This document shows positions 24,901 through 39,100 of a stretch of 64,000 bases of DNA, in pieces. Position 1 is the stretch's first letter. Every line of letters begins with the position of its first letter. This DNA comes from Trichoplax adhaerens. Taxonomy: Eukaryota > Animalia > Placozoa. The notes below the pieces were generated by a model, which was not told the DNA's origin, made no database searches, and saw only the letters and a list, made by a program, of their open reading frames with translations. Position numbers and translations under genes: made by a program. The DNA lies in contig NW_002060953.1 of assembly GCF_000150275.1 (NCBI RefSeq), positions 2,258,719-2,322,718 on the forward strand. The letters are read 5' to 3'.

Positions 24901-27201
24901 CCAATACAGGACTGCAATTTATCAGGTAAGAAGATAACAAGATCTCATAAGCTGTTAATTGAAATGAATAATCTCAAGTCGAACAACACTATTTTTACCT
25001 CATGACTTTACGATTAGCATTTGAGTCGGTGTGGTCGCATATTACATCTGTACCACTCGTACTGACAACGCACCCACAAAAGAATGATAGATGTGATCTG
25101 GAGAACTCAGATTGGGCCGTTGTTGATGAAACACCTGTTGTAGCAAATCTGATTCAAAATGAACAGGACGATAGACACATCCTGCAGGCATGCTTAATTT
25201 CATGGTTATATCATCAATTACTTTGCTTAAAATCTTAAAACGCTTAGGGTCTAAATAAATAAAACTTTTGCGTGCGCTTGCAAGTTTCAACCTTTAAATA
25301 CACATTGCTTATAACGATATATCCTTAGATTTTTCAAGGAGAGAGACTTGATCGAATGTCCGAGTACAGCCTGGATAGGCCTTACGATAGAATTTTTGTG
25401 TACAATAACTATGAATATATAGTTCTGTTTCGATTCAATAAATGCCATAATGATAGCTGCGTAAGCAATCACGTAATAATCCATTATCATATCATTATAA
25501 CTGAGGTAAAAGTTTCCTTCCATGGCCTGTTAAAACATCATTTAAATAATTAGTTATATATTAATTGCTTTTAAACTTATGATTAAGTTATAACTACTTA
25601 TAAGCGCTATTACTGGAATTATGAAATTATTTTAATAATTGATGCTGACAGCTGGTTCATTTTATTAACAGATTAAGTACCTACATGGTTATACGGCATT
25701 AAAGCAATCTCGAGAAATTATGGTTCTTCCTATGGAAGAAACTACAAATAAACTTACAATTATACTATCAAGATACAGAAAATTGGATCATAGACTAATT
25801 TTCATTTTAAAAGCAGAGGTATCGTGAAGATCATTTAGTTTTATGCCATTACACGTTCTTACAATTTATACTTTTAAAAATATCAAATTAATGTAAAAAT
25901 TATGGGTATAGGAAAGTTTAAAGTCTGAGATATGATATTTGTTAATCATGATTATTAGCACTCGGATAAGAATGAGAGAATGCTTGTTATGAAGATTAAT
26001 GTCCAAAATGGTGATACTGAATACTACTTAGATAGCACTTCAAGTCTATCTAGGAATATAAATGTAATCTACTGCGATGATTATAGCCTAATCATTCATC
26101 AATATTCACCAGAAATTAGTATGACCAGTATCAGGGTAAATGCTGTTTTAATTTTCTGTAAAATTTGGATCAACTATTTATTAACTTATAGTCAATAGTA
26201 ATTAATAAATAGAGCATCAGTACTCAAATTAAATTACATTTCTTTGCTATGCATAGAATATAATTCTGAACCTAACGCAAAATTTAATATAACCAATTTA
26301 ATGCATGTCTGATCTTTTTAATGAATGCTTTCATATCAAAATCAGTATTACAAATTGGGCACGGAAAGAATGCAAACCAAATTATACATGGAACACAATT
26401 ACGATCATTGGGATGGATTAACGTGTAAAATTACCCTACCAAATGACGAAGAATGCACTAAAATACAGTTTTCACGATTTTGGAATAAAGTTCGCGATAA
26501 TGTCACAAAATTGATAAGTAATAAGACTGATAATAGTATAAAGCACTCTGGCCTAGAAGATAAAAACGCAATTATTGAGGAGTGGGGAACAGTTGACGGC
26601 AATTTATTCGTAAGTCTAATCATAGGAATATACCGTAAATTTCTTCAATCATTGCTTACTGTTGATTAAAGCAACAACTAAAGTTCTAGTAGCTCACTAC
26701 TATTCATAACAACTCTTCTTTAGGCTGAATATATTCCTGATAAATACCAATGTGCCGAATACTTTTTAATTGAAAAAGGAAAAGAAAAAATTGTATGAAT
26801 GACGCTCTAGGACATAATTAGTTACATGCAATGTAGGCCTAATGCTAACTTTAAAATATCCATATTCATTATAGATGGTTAATTCCTGCGGTGAAGTTTT
26901 AATGAAATCTTATTTGGACAATGTTCTAAAACTTGATTACGAACCAAATTTGTTTATCAATGTCGAAAGTTTATGGCCAAAAAAATTCTTCGTTACGGTA
27001 GACAAAATAAAGGGTAAAATTCTTTTCTACGGAAAGGAAACCATGAACCTACTTCATACAGTTTACTCACCTAATATTAACAATCCATCGAGCATAATAG
27101 GTAATGAAAATCAGTCATTATTTATCTGCAAAGACATTAAAGGTCAGGTATATTACGTTATTAAAGTTTTTCCTGGAGTCGAGTCATCTGCTGATGCTTG
27201 A
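18946..27201 (+). CDS. APAF1-like: Apaf-1-like STAND ATPase: N-terminal death fold (CARD-like), NB-ARC, helical domain, divergent WD40/beta-propeller; 22 exons, about 1445 aa
   Basis: Exons 18946-19270, 19781-19852, 20032-20088, 20560-20790, 21150-21275, 21476-21621, 21766-22199, 22337-22673, 22860-23050, 23125-23281, 23408-23524, 23765-23944, 24107-24247, 24325-24666, 24775-24925, 25018-25187, 25329-25505, 25672-25818, 25959-26135, 26346-26609, 26724-26792, 26875-27201. Phase-consistent, 4338 nt with no internal stop. Walker A HGLPGSGKT, GVYWIKIG, Walker B ILFVFDDI, sensor ATSR, CESLPLAVAILG, LGVFKRVKIP, ALW, RSLL, YILDDL, DGYYYQHFIYHVIQA; WD-like VQISADGK and IDISDDHR. Exons 2 and 3 are the least certain. 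Confidence 0.88.
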
Positions 27202-29304
27202 AAATTATTTATGCCAACCTTGCATTTTGCAAAATGTATTTAGAAATATTTTATTTTTTAATTAAGATCCATTAATATCGGAACCCTTTCATATCATATC
27301 GAAGCCATTCAGGCTCATAGTGAAATTTTAGATGAATAAATGAGGATTTATGATGCAATTATCCTTTCATATATAGCATTTCACTGAATGCGAAATTTTT
27401 AAGCAAATATTAGTTGAAATACCACGTATCTAGCAGTGTTATCACAGTTCATAGCTTCAGCATTTAACTATCAATTTTATAATTAATATCAATTAATCTA
27501 TAATCTGTTACCTATTTTCTCTCTATCAATTGCGCAATCTAATAATACAAATGCAATTAAAAAGTAGTGCGTACAATATAGAAAATACCAACAAAATTAT
27601 AATCATGTATTTAGCGATATCTGATACCTATTCAATTGATAAAAAATACGGTTTCGATGATACTAGTTTCAATAAGGAAATTCAAAAGTTCAATAATCAA
27701 TGTCTTTTATATAAGCCTTAGAATAAAAGTAACAATCTTTATATCATTCAAATACTCCATCACAGCTACGTTATCAGCAATGGCAAGAATCCGTACCATA
27801 CTTATTTCCATTATTTCAAAGAAACAGATTAAGCTTGCTATTTTAAATAGCTACGAAATAATCATAAATTTTTCTATTTAGATGTTCCTAAGAAGTTAAT
27901 CTATAAATACAAACCTAATAAATGTATTATTTAGATACACTTCACTTAATTCTTCTTAAAACGTTACAATTTTTATTCCCTGCAATACTTTACTCGGTCT
28001 ACATTGATATTTGTAATAACCTGAAACTGTAAGTCAATAAAAGTTGTTAAGGATATCATCTTCTAATTACATTTTAAATTTAATTAAATCTCAAAATTAT
28101 GCGATAGTATTAATCTTATTTCCAAGTAAGACGCCATATCTACCCAGCTTTTAACTATCTAATTTACGCAATATAGCTCGTAAAAAAACTGGCAAAGGAG
28201 TTCCAGCTACTGAGACCTATCAATATTACGGTATATTTAAATTAGAAAGTTTACAGCTACTGCATAGTGTTAATCAATATTACAATATATTTAGCGTATT
28301 AGCAGCGCACGCCCTAATATCTCCAAAATAGGTAGTACTTTATCTTTAAAGTAATGTACAAACACCATAATCTAAACATATTATAACACAAAGTTGTAAT
28401 CATTTAAGGCGTAAGCCAAATTATTCGCATTTTTTACTTATAAATAGTAGAAGAATAAAGCTACTATGTATCGTTAGTAACGAACTATCCAACGTGCAAC
28501 AATCAATACAATAATTTTATACTCCTCTGTGATCTAATACCGCAACTAATTTATATTAAATACTCATTGATTATACCGGTATATCGGCGCCTATTAAAAT
28601 TTTAATTTTTATATTAATTTTTATATTATACACGAATGATTATTTACAAGTATCTATTAACTGATATACGGTCACACTTTCGCATATATTTTGCCTTCAC
28701 GACAACAGAACCACTCAAACGCACGATATGGCATTAAGTATGAATTAAACTGGACATACTGATTATAACAGTATTTTCCATGATAGGACTATCCGCAGTT
28801 TTTGTAACATTGCAGCATAGAATAGTGGTTTCATTTTTAGTATTTCACTACAATAATCTGGCACTTGCGTCAGCCTTTGAGAAGTAAAAATAGATTAGAA
28901 AAATTTGTTTAGAATACGTTCGTAAAGGAAATACGTATATAACCCTATAATAGCAAAAGTCTTTTAAAGTATCAAAGAATAATATTTACGTAAAAATAAT
29001 GCATTGCTATAGTAGTGTACACAATAGGAGTATATTGTACGTAAGTACTAAAAGACGTTTACTGACAGGGTTATATGTGTCTTTGAAATACATCCTAAAT
29101 CCTATATTTAATTAAAAGTTTGAAAATTTATTACATAATTATGCTGGTATACCACAAAATGAATTTTATTGATTCCTGTTATGATATTTAACGAAAATAT
29201 TTACACTTGCTCAAATACTGCGGACTTAATTAAGTCTAATTTTATTGCATTCCATATTGTTATTTCAACTATATAAGCAAAAACTTCATCTTAAGCTGAT
29301 TTTA

Positions 29305-32300
29305 CTAATTAACGTTTTGTGACGCCATTGTCATTAACAACGTAGTATTTGATCTAACATGTATAATCCTCGTCGATCGACCACGCCTTACAGGTTTACT
29401 CCAAAAGTTCTTACATGCTCCACTTCGAAAGAGAAACACGTATGGATTTATCACGCTATTAATAATAGTACTCGCAGTTGTAACGAACGTCCAAGAGAAG
29501 TTACTTGGTGTTATACATAAAATGCGCATGAAATGAACCAGGAAGTAAGGCAAATAGGATATTAAATAAGTAATAAACATAATATAAAATGTAACAGTTA
29601 ATTGATACTCTCGCTTTTTCGTTTTTCTAGACGAATGATTTGAAATATTGCGCATGCCAAGAAGCAGTACTTGACGTATACTTTGACTACTTTTATGAAC
29701 AGTAATGAATACTTTCCAATAAAAGAATGTCATAAATCCTATTGGAAAGATAAATAAAATAACTAAAACTACAACATATACGGCATCATGACCAGGAACG
29801 CCTGTCGGGGTGTACGTCAACATACAGACCCCATAACAGGGAATTAAATCAAGAGTGACCATAAATTCTGCAATTATGACACATAATAAAACAGAAAAAG
29901 TCCATATACAGAGTATTACTATAGAGCATTTTCTATTAGTTAACCATATTTTAAATCTATGTGGATAAGTTACGGCAATATAGCGCGTTGCAGCTATAAA
30001 AATCATAGTTAAAAAATTGACGCAAATGAAGTAAACCATAAAGCCATAACTTAATCGACATCCAAGGGTTTTACCATGGTAAATCGGATATTTTGTTAAA
30101 TTCAAGCTGATAGGAAGTAAATTGATACAACTAAGAGTAAAGATACGATAATAAATTCATTAGTAAATTATGCCATCATTATTAAACTTTCAACCAATTT
30201 CAAGTAACCCATTCTAGCAAAAATTTAGAAAGTTTTCGAAATTCAAGGTAAACATTACGCGAAAGACTTCAAAGTACTTTTCAAAATGTGAGCTCAGTTA
30301 TTAGGATAAATTTTGCACTGGTAGATAAAAATAATAAAATTCGTACTTAATTAATTTGTGTTGTCGTTGCATTCAGCCATGACTTTCAAATATCGAATAT
30401 TTTGCAAATATTTAATCATTATAACGCTTAATCAGATGCATTTAGGGAAAAGAATTAATTCCAAAATGAAATTTGTCTGGTCTCAGTAGTCGCTTCTGTT
30501 CTAAATTGTAAAGATACAATTTATTCATAATTCGATACGAAAAACTTATAAGCTTGAAACTTACCTTCTCTATAGCCGTAATAAATTAAGAATGGATACT
30601 GCGCTAAATTTTTATATGTGATTGCGAATTTTAAAATTAAAGGGCTGATTCAGCAATTCGTGAAAATTAGTATTATAAATATGGTGAAATAATTTATCGC
30701 GAAGTGTTTTGAAAGGCTTAAAACCTTGTTACGGTTTTACTTTACCGTTAGGATAGTTTAATTGTACAAAAGTAGTTAATGTAGAAAATATTAACACTTA
30801 TAGGGCCAGGTAAGACACGGTAAGTAATGCCTTACGTAGACGTTACTTGTGATAGTTAACATTATTACCTATTTGATATTGATTTTTATAATACGTTTAG
30901 ATAAAGGTGAGATGATTCAAGTTCTAGCAAATGATAGCTGAATTAGATATAATATATGCCTATCTTAAGACTAATTATTAGTAATTAGCTAAAATATTTA
31001 CTAACAGAAAATCTATGCAAAGAATATCTAGGTTCAAGATGTCTCTCCAAGTAAGATAGAATAATGGCACAGATGTTTTTCATAAATTAGATCTTTCGTA
31101 AATAAACTAGAACTCTTGAGTTGAGTTAAGTCGTAAAAATTTGTAGATATGTCTATTCTGATAAAATTTCTATCTTTAAGGTACTTTGGCGTGTGTTAAA
31201 CGTGTTGTAAAAGAGCGGCTAAGTCAGTAGTTACTCGTAGACTTTTAAGTTACGTTTCCTTGTCGCAGAGTTTAAAATGTAACAGACCGTTCTCATTGGA
31301 AGAAATTTATATGAAACGAGATTCATCCTAGCCTTCTTTAACATTTACTAGAAATGACATCCTTTTTTGGTAAATGTAGTTAATTTTAAAAATAAATATA
31401 ATAAAAAATATCAAGTAAAATTAATTATATATTTTTGACTTAAAAATTCAAGATGCATAACTCAATTTTATAATTGCGCTGTATTCAATCTCAGCTTCTA
31501 GAAATATTTATTTTCTTTGGCGTACAAAATCTAATCACGATTTTGGGTTGATTTTAAATCTAAAAATTCAATTTTTGATGTATATTGCTATGTAACCTTA
31601 AAGTTAATAATAATCTGCCGGGATTATTAGCTTTAATATTTACTGTAAACTAATCATGTTTACTACATAACGTGCTAGCCGGAAAGATATAGTGCTACAA
31701 ATCCTCAAGTAATTCCTTTCCTTTCAGTATGGCTTGTTTTCAAGGAGCAGATAAAGATTATCTATAAAGTATCGTCGTTATAAACACTTCGTAGAGTTTA
31801 TACAGTCCATTACGCCTCGTATGACACATCAAAATGTTAATAGCCTTAGTAACTGGCAGTAAAAATATTATATAATCTTTAAGGCATAGAGAATTGTATT
31901 CAAGCAGACATAATAAAGAAGGTCTTCTCTATATATTGTAAGTTTAATTCTGATAGTTGGAATAAAAAGGAGTTTCGCAACTGCGACGTATTTTTTTTTC
32001 ATGAATTTCAAGCTTATTTGCTTCGACTTCAAGATCCAGCATTTCAAGTAGAAATTAATACAAGACTTCAACGTAAGTAATCTCATGAATATTTTTTAAT
32101 TACTAGGGAACTTGCTTCATGTATAAAATAATGGATGAATAATTAAATTTAATTACTGACCAGTCATACAAAACACCCACGTAAACTAATGTCAACACGT
32201 TTATTATTGCAGCAGGTAAATAATATTACTAAATTTCGCTATCTATATAAAGCACTAGCAGAAAGACCCATAAGGTGAAACATAGATTTCACAGTGATAG

Positions 32301-35300
32301 ATAATGGATCAATTATCTATTTGCCAAATAGATCAAATTGAAGGCATATCGTCTCCACATTCATCACATCTTACAAAATATGTCATCCAGTCTCAATAAC
32401 ATCCATAATCAAAAATGGTCGTATGCATCCTTTAAGGAAACCATCGAATTATTTAGTAAATAAGAAATTTCTTGATACTCAAAACTGATCAGCTCGTGTA
32501 ATCAATAAAAGATAGCAAATCAACAATAACAAAGGCTTAGGTATTCATTTTCGATTTCATCAAGCAAGCGTTCTGAATTAAATATAGATGAGGGCCATAA
32601 TGTGTGGATAATGAGACATAGTATTATTTTACTAGAAATATTGCTACTTTCAGGTAAACAAAATAATGACAATGAAACAGAGACAGAATGATGTGTCTAT
32701 TGCAGCAAATGTTACGGAGATTGAAGTTTTTCCTACAATAGTTATGATTATGTAAATTGTTAAAACACCTTTGAAAATTGCTTCAATGCGCAACTTCTTC
32801 TACTAGCAATATGAGCCCATCCACCTCTATTTATAACATTCAATTTAAAATAATCAATCCAATGCTTTTTTACAGTAATTTATAGCTACAAATATACCGT
32901 AGCATGCCAGATTAATAAAAATATCTATTTAATTATCGTTATTGCTTATATTCATGTTGATATAAGGAAAGTTAAATTTTAGAATTTAAAGTGCCAACTA
33001 TTCCTAGCTAAATTCATAATTGTGAAATTATACGTACTTTATGATCAGTTTCTTCATGAATTTAAACTTAGGTAGATATATCGATGAGATAAGTTTCACT
33101 CAATTTGCCTAAACTTTATGACATTAAATTTCTTAGCTTGACTTAATCATCGCCAATTCAGATCTACGGAATAAATATATAGCCGAATGATGTTGCCGAA
33201 ATAAAAGACTAAATACCTATCTAAGCTTCAATTTTATTAACTGTCATGAAATTTGTGGGGAAAATAACGTATCAAGTAAATAATTGTGGGAAGTGGTCTC
33301 GGCTATTACAAAATAAGATTATTACGGATGATGAATGCTGTAATTCGATCTATTAAGCTGTGCATCATTTAATATTTATATAAATTAGCATTTTGCTGTT
33401 ATGACCTCTCTAAGGTGTCATGACCTTAATTTAGAGTTGACTAATGCACGTGAGATCATCGTGAAATATGCAAATTTATCCACCTATCCGGTACTTTTCT
33501 ACAATATCTATATTTTGAAGAGCATCTACAGTTGACTCTAGTCCTTCGGAAGTACCAAATTAATGAGTAGTTCCGGATCCATTTTGATAGTTGTTTATTA
33601 CATTGCATGTCTGATACGACAATTTCAGGATAAGGGCAACAATAATTACGGATGTGACCAGTATCAATAACTCATATCATTGTAGACGAAAAATGGAATT
33701 AAAATTTCTTAAATTAATGTCACGTATATAATATTAAGCGCACAAATTTCTAACTATTACTGTGATTATTATTGACCAAATCAGTATGGCAATTTATTTT
33801 CATCTAAAATACATCTTTCAGAATTAAGAAAAATACTTAATTAGCTCCGTGAATTAAATTGCAATAAATAAGATAGTTCAAATCATCAACTATGGGTTGC
33901 ACTAAATATATATTTGATAAACTTAGGCATTACCGGAATTTTTCATTTTACAATTAAATTAATGGAACCAACTGAATTGCTGATAGAAATAAGATATTCT
34001 TAAGTCTTCTATCCATATACGCATACATTTTTTATGATAATGGACCTTAATCTCAAGAAATTTTCAGTTAAATGTAGTCTGTTTCAGAATGAGCCTGTGC
34101 AAGATTTGTATTGCTATACTAATGAAGATATGCTTTCACTAGTAACTGTATTACTGATATTAGTTCGCTTTAGCAATTCTCAGAATTGTTTGTCATGGTC
34201 CTCGTATCGAGACGAGTTATTTTATATACGTAGGTTGTTAGCATTAATTTGGAGAAATCTAATTTGTAAGAGAGCTCAAAGGTCAGATCGTGTTCTGAAC
34301 ATGGTTTATCTCATGTTATATGCGTGCTTTAACGTATTTTAAAGTAAAGCTTGAAGTTATATTAACTTAAATCTAATATACGACTGCTGATATGGTTTAT
34401 CAATATTAACTTAAATATTTGTTTATATCCTTTAGCTGATCGCGAATAGATAGAAAGTATAAAAGTGAGCCAAATTTAATAATAAAGATGATTCTAGTTT
34501 AGTTGTTCTTGAAGACTGGTGTCTGCTTAACTGCCATTGGAAGCAGTTTCTGTCTTACAAAGAGTGGTTGTAGCATTGTTCTAATAATCAATATTTCTCT
34601 GCAAGTGGACATCAATCTTCGTGATGTATTCAAATTATATAAATTTCGAAACCGGAGTTTGGAGGGTACTCAAGGATAGCAAACTTTTATCTGATAGCTA
34701 AAAAGATTTTGGGTGACGATAAATGATTTTACTAATCAAAGAAAAATATTTACAACGATTAGGAAAAAAGTGAAGATTTTTAAAAGTATTTTTGATATCC
34801 TTCATTATATTTAACCATCTAGCTTTCGAAATGTTGATATTGTGGTTTTGTAGTTTGCCAACAATATAATGATTGATTATTTCAAAGGTGAATTGTTACT
34901 AATCTTTCAACTGTACCCTAAGAGTTCATTAACTTATACCTACATTTGTATAAATGGCCAATGCATTAAAGCTCATATTATCTAACTACAGCAAATTAAA
35001 TGCGTAATTCGAATGCGATAAATGTTACTGAATCGTTTGAAAAGATGCAAGCAATCATTCCATTGAGCTTTAGCCTGCTAATAGGATAGTTTGTAATATG
35101 TCCCACATTAATTTTATCATTAATTTATTTTTTTCATTCTAAGGGAAACAACGATATAAATGAAGAAAGCATTATAGAAAACAAAAGCTGGATATAAAAA
35201 TCGTATCGTTCTACAATTTAATCCACCCTGCATTTGCACTGCACTAAAATTCCGATATTTCATGTCATTTTACTTTTAGATAATTATTAAAATCATTCTA

Positions 35301-36194
35301 TTAACTCCAGCAAGAAATATTTATGCTATTAATGATATATTTATTACCGTGAAAATTAATAATACTATAATTGCGCGGTCGGTTAAAATTTGCTGGTTTA
35401 TAATGTAATTAAACTATTCTTTAAAGCTGGCTTAAGTAAGCTCATAAATTCCAACCTAAATCCTGCCAATGTAGCTATAGCAGAAAAATAATTACTTGCA
35501 TGACAAGCATAATTAATTCGAAGGCAAAACGAACAATATCTTATTGTAATAGAAATAAGCTCGTAAAGTATAATTTATACGATCGAAATTTAAAATTATT
35601 CTCCCAGTAAATCTAATTATATGATTCTAGATTTTCGTTATCATTGTCATATCTAACATAAGAGAAGTTAATGAATGATAGGAAGACTAATTTTTAAACA
35701 ACATCCTTCAGAAAGGCTTTGTAAAATATCATAACGAAGCTATAATGTAGGGTTCTAGACCTATATTCAGTGCCATCGCATACTCAGAACTCTTTGTAAT
35801 TGCATGAATGCATGCAATTGGTTTTAATTACGTATATAATTTATAAATAAATTTTATTCTATTTTAAATGGTAAATGTGAAACGATAGAATAAAGATAAT
35901 GGGAATAAAGTAAAAAGAACATATTACTGCCACAGCAAGAACTTTTAAGCTAACAAAATTAAATTACACATACCATGTAGAGACGTAGGCTAAATCCGAT
36001 ATAGATAAACTCAACATCTGCATTTTTGTCACGGTAAATATTTTATACTTGGATAAAGTAGAAATAATAATGATACCATTGCCAAATATTCCAAAAACCA
36101 AACAGCCTAATAAAAACACAGTAGAAACTTCACGTAATGGCTTTGGTAATCGTAGCGTGCTATTAAAAGTATCGAAATTGTTATTTTCCTCCAT
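29305..36194 (-). CDS. Orphan rhodopsin-class (class A) GPCR, paralog 1; 2 coding exons, 348 aa
   Basis: Exon 1 36194-35974 (TM1 GIFGN, TM2 LSISDL, donor TG|GTATGT), 5.8-kb intron, exon 2 30130-29305 (acceptor tactcttag). TM3 C...ATRY, TM4 W, ECL2 C, TM5 FIFP...Y, TM6 SYLPY, TM7 INPYVF. Confidence 0.88.
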
Positions 36195-39100
36195 TGGAAT
36201 ACCGGTATACAAATCGAAATTGGGAGTTTATTTGTCCGTTGAAATTTATTTATAACTTGGATCAACGAAAGTCGAATGGACTGGACTGATCAGCTGCATA
36301 AAGAGTTTCCAATATTTTGAGCGATTAATTTTTTAAAATATCCAATGTAACATTTTTCAGCTTAGTGCTGAGTTCCTTTTCACTTTTGCAATTTTTATTC
36401 CAGTTGAAATAGCGATACTTACTGAAAAAAATTCTGGAGTATTCTAGTTTTCGATCACTCAAGTAATTAAAATAGCTAATGCAAACAATTACTACCGGTA
36501 AGTATTTTAAACCTTTACACGTTTACTCGTCGAGAGATATACGAATACGAGGTTCGGATCATCGACGATTTCACAAAAGCTGAAATCGTGTGTTATTCAT
36601 CTAATAGCGGTCGATCATGGTCGCAGCTTCATTCTATTTATCTTTCCAACAGGATAGGTTAAAACGCTATGTTAATCCTATATCATATCCTGCTATCCTT
36701 TCTTTATTAGCTCTAAAAGTCCATGATTAACAAAGGACGATTTGAAATGATACTATATTAATATTTCATAGTTATACGTCCAAGCCTCTAATTTCATAAA
36801 CTAATATTATGGGAATCGACTTGTTTTGATCAATTTTCTACCACAGCATAATAACTATTCTGATCATGACCAGCCGGAAATGAATGAATATTTCATTCTA
36901 TTAAGAGTTTTTAGTGTAGATTTATGATAAAACAATCATTATTACGAACCCATCTGTATTTATGCTATCGTATATAATATAATAGATATTCCATTTACCA
37001 TGAGACATGGCTGTTGAGATGAATAGAAATTTTATAATAAATGAAAATTCCATACTGAATATGGAGTAGTCTGTTGATGCTCTTACTTGGAATTTTAAAT
37101 TTTAATAGCATTTTTGAAGAAGAAGGTTTCTTCTATAAATTACTTATATTAATTAACCCTGTTGCTTAAACAAACATAATCATTATGGTTGCAGTATAGT
37201 GAATGGTCTCGAACTTACGATTCAATAATTTTTAGCTATAAAAGTATTAATTTCGACGTAACTTTCTAAAAATATATAGCATAATAGAATCATGATCCAG
37301 CCTTAGACTTTTAGAATTTACTAGCATGATACTCAATATAACGTAAAATCAAAACTCGAAAATAGCCATAACGTCAAACTCTCATATCCATGGCGACTGA
37401 AGGAAATCATTTAAAAATTTTACCATTTAGTACGTATTCTATATAAAGTTATTTCAATTAGTTCCACTTTCCTTTCTTAATTGCTATTGTTTTAAGAAAT
37501 CAATTGAAATATCAGCATAGCAAGTACTTTATTCCCAGTTAAACAAAAAAGCTATTTTAAACTATTGCTCAATCGTACTATAATCAGCAAAAGGAAATTG
37601 ATAAAACTATTTACTAAATGAAGTAACCATAATAAGAGTAGAAAAGCGTATAATTCAAAAGTAATAAGCATTAAATCATTATCAATCTATCATAATAAAT
37701 TAAAACTAATAGCCTCATCACCACTCAAATGAAAAAAATAAAAAACAGAAATTGTTATGTCTACACAGCAAGTTTCTGACATTTCTAAATATTAATAAAT
37801 TTTTACAAATAGCTGCAGCTGATGATAAAGCAAATTATGTTTAGAGTCACTTCAAGCTTCACAATTTAGTATTTAAATTTAATTATTTTATGAATGCCTC
37901 AATGAAGTTCTCGTCACTTTTAATATGATATTTGCTAATGAAATTCACCCTAAATTGCATTTTCAGAAGTGAAATAAAGCACTTTTCATGTTTTAAAATT
38001 CAGGTTGTCATAATAAATTCCAGGTAAAGATATTCGAGCTTATTTATAAAATATTATTTATATCACTGTAATGCTAGCTTAAAAACAAATTTCTAATAGA
38101 AGCTCCTATTGCAGAGCGTAATATATTAACGAGCTTGACCATAATTTTATAAAATTCACCAAATATTAGAATTAAACTTCACTTAATATCAACTTTCTGC
38201 ATTCTCAATTGGTTTATTCCTGAATAAAAAACTGGTCATCCTATCTAATAATTAAACAATTTAAAATCACTAGGTAGTTTTAGTGAGTCATTAATGCCTA
38301 GTTTATATCTAAAGGTTTCACATTCGTGCTATGTCACTACAAATCGGAAAGACTCCTCAGTAATGTTCAAAGCCGTTAAATTTGCATTTACAATGCATGA
38401 ATGCGTGAATGCGTAGCAAATACTAATTTATTTCAGTAAAATAATATTATAAAATATCTTGCACAAGCTCAACTAAAAATATAGAGCTATTATAATTAAA
38501 GTACTTATCGTTGGCATACATCGTAGCTCTAAACACGGTGATCTTAACACCTTTCAATCTGTAATTTAGTTTAAACTGCATACAGTTACAAATTGAGAGA
38601 TAATAGATACTTTATTTAATTTAAAAGAAAATGTAGTAAAGCATCAGCATCGTTCAACATCAAAGATATCTATAATAGCCTTTTCAATGTCATATACTTT
38701 AAGTACGGCATGACAGCAATATTTGATAACAATCTAATTTATGTCAATATTAAATAAATTTCATCATATTGATGTTTTAAATAAATTCAAACGTTATAAG
38801 GTTTGGCTTCACCTAAACAATAGTAAAGTAGATTGCAATGAATAAACGTTTTTCAATACAATATGTCACCACAGTTTATGTTAAACCTTTCTTGCAAATT
38901 TCGCAAATAATCAATTTAAATGGGTTGCAGGTTTGCAACCATCATTCTGTTTACAGAATAGCATCAAGTAAAAGTACAGAATCGAATAATACGATCATAG
39001 CTAGTGCATAATATTTACATTATCAGCGAATAACAAATACTGTGTTGTAGTTATTTACCACAATAAGAATTAAATATAACGCAAATTATTTCGCGGAAAT

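Noticed and set aside
30106-30110. Alternative acceptor (ctatcag) for GPCR paralog 1 exon 2
   Set aside because: In frame but removes 8 residues of TM2; the acceptor at 30131 restores the D2.50-to-Cys spacing of 31 seen in both paralogs.
34034-34740. 102-aa ORF and nearby coding-like sequence in the GPCR1 intron
   Set aside because: No recognisable domain or consistent splice chain.
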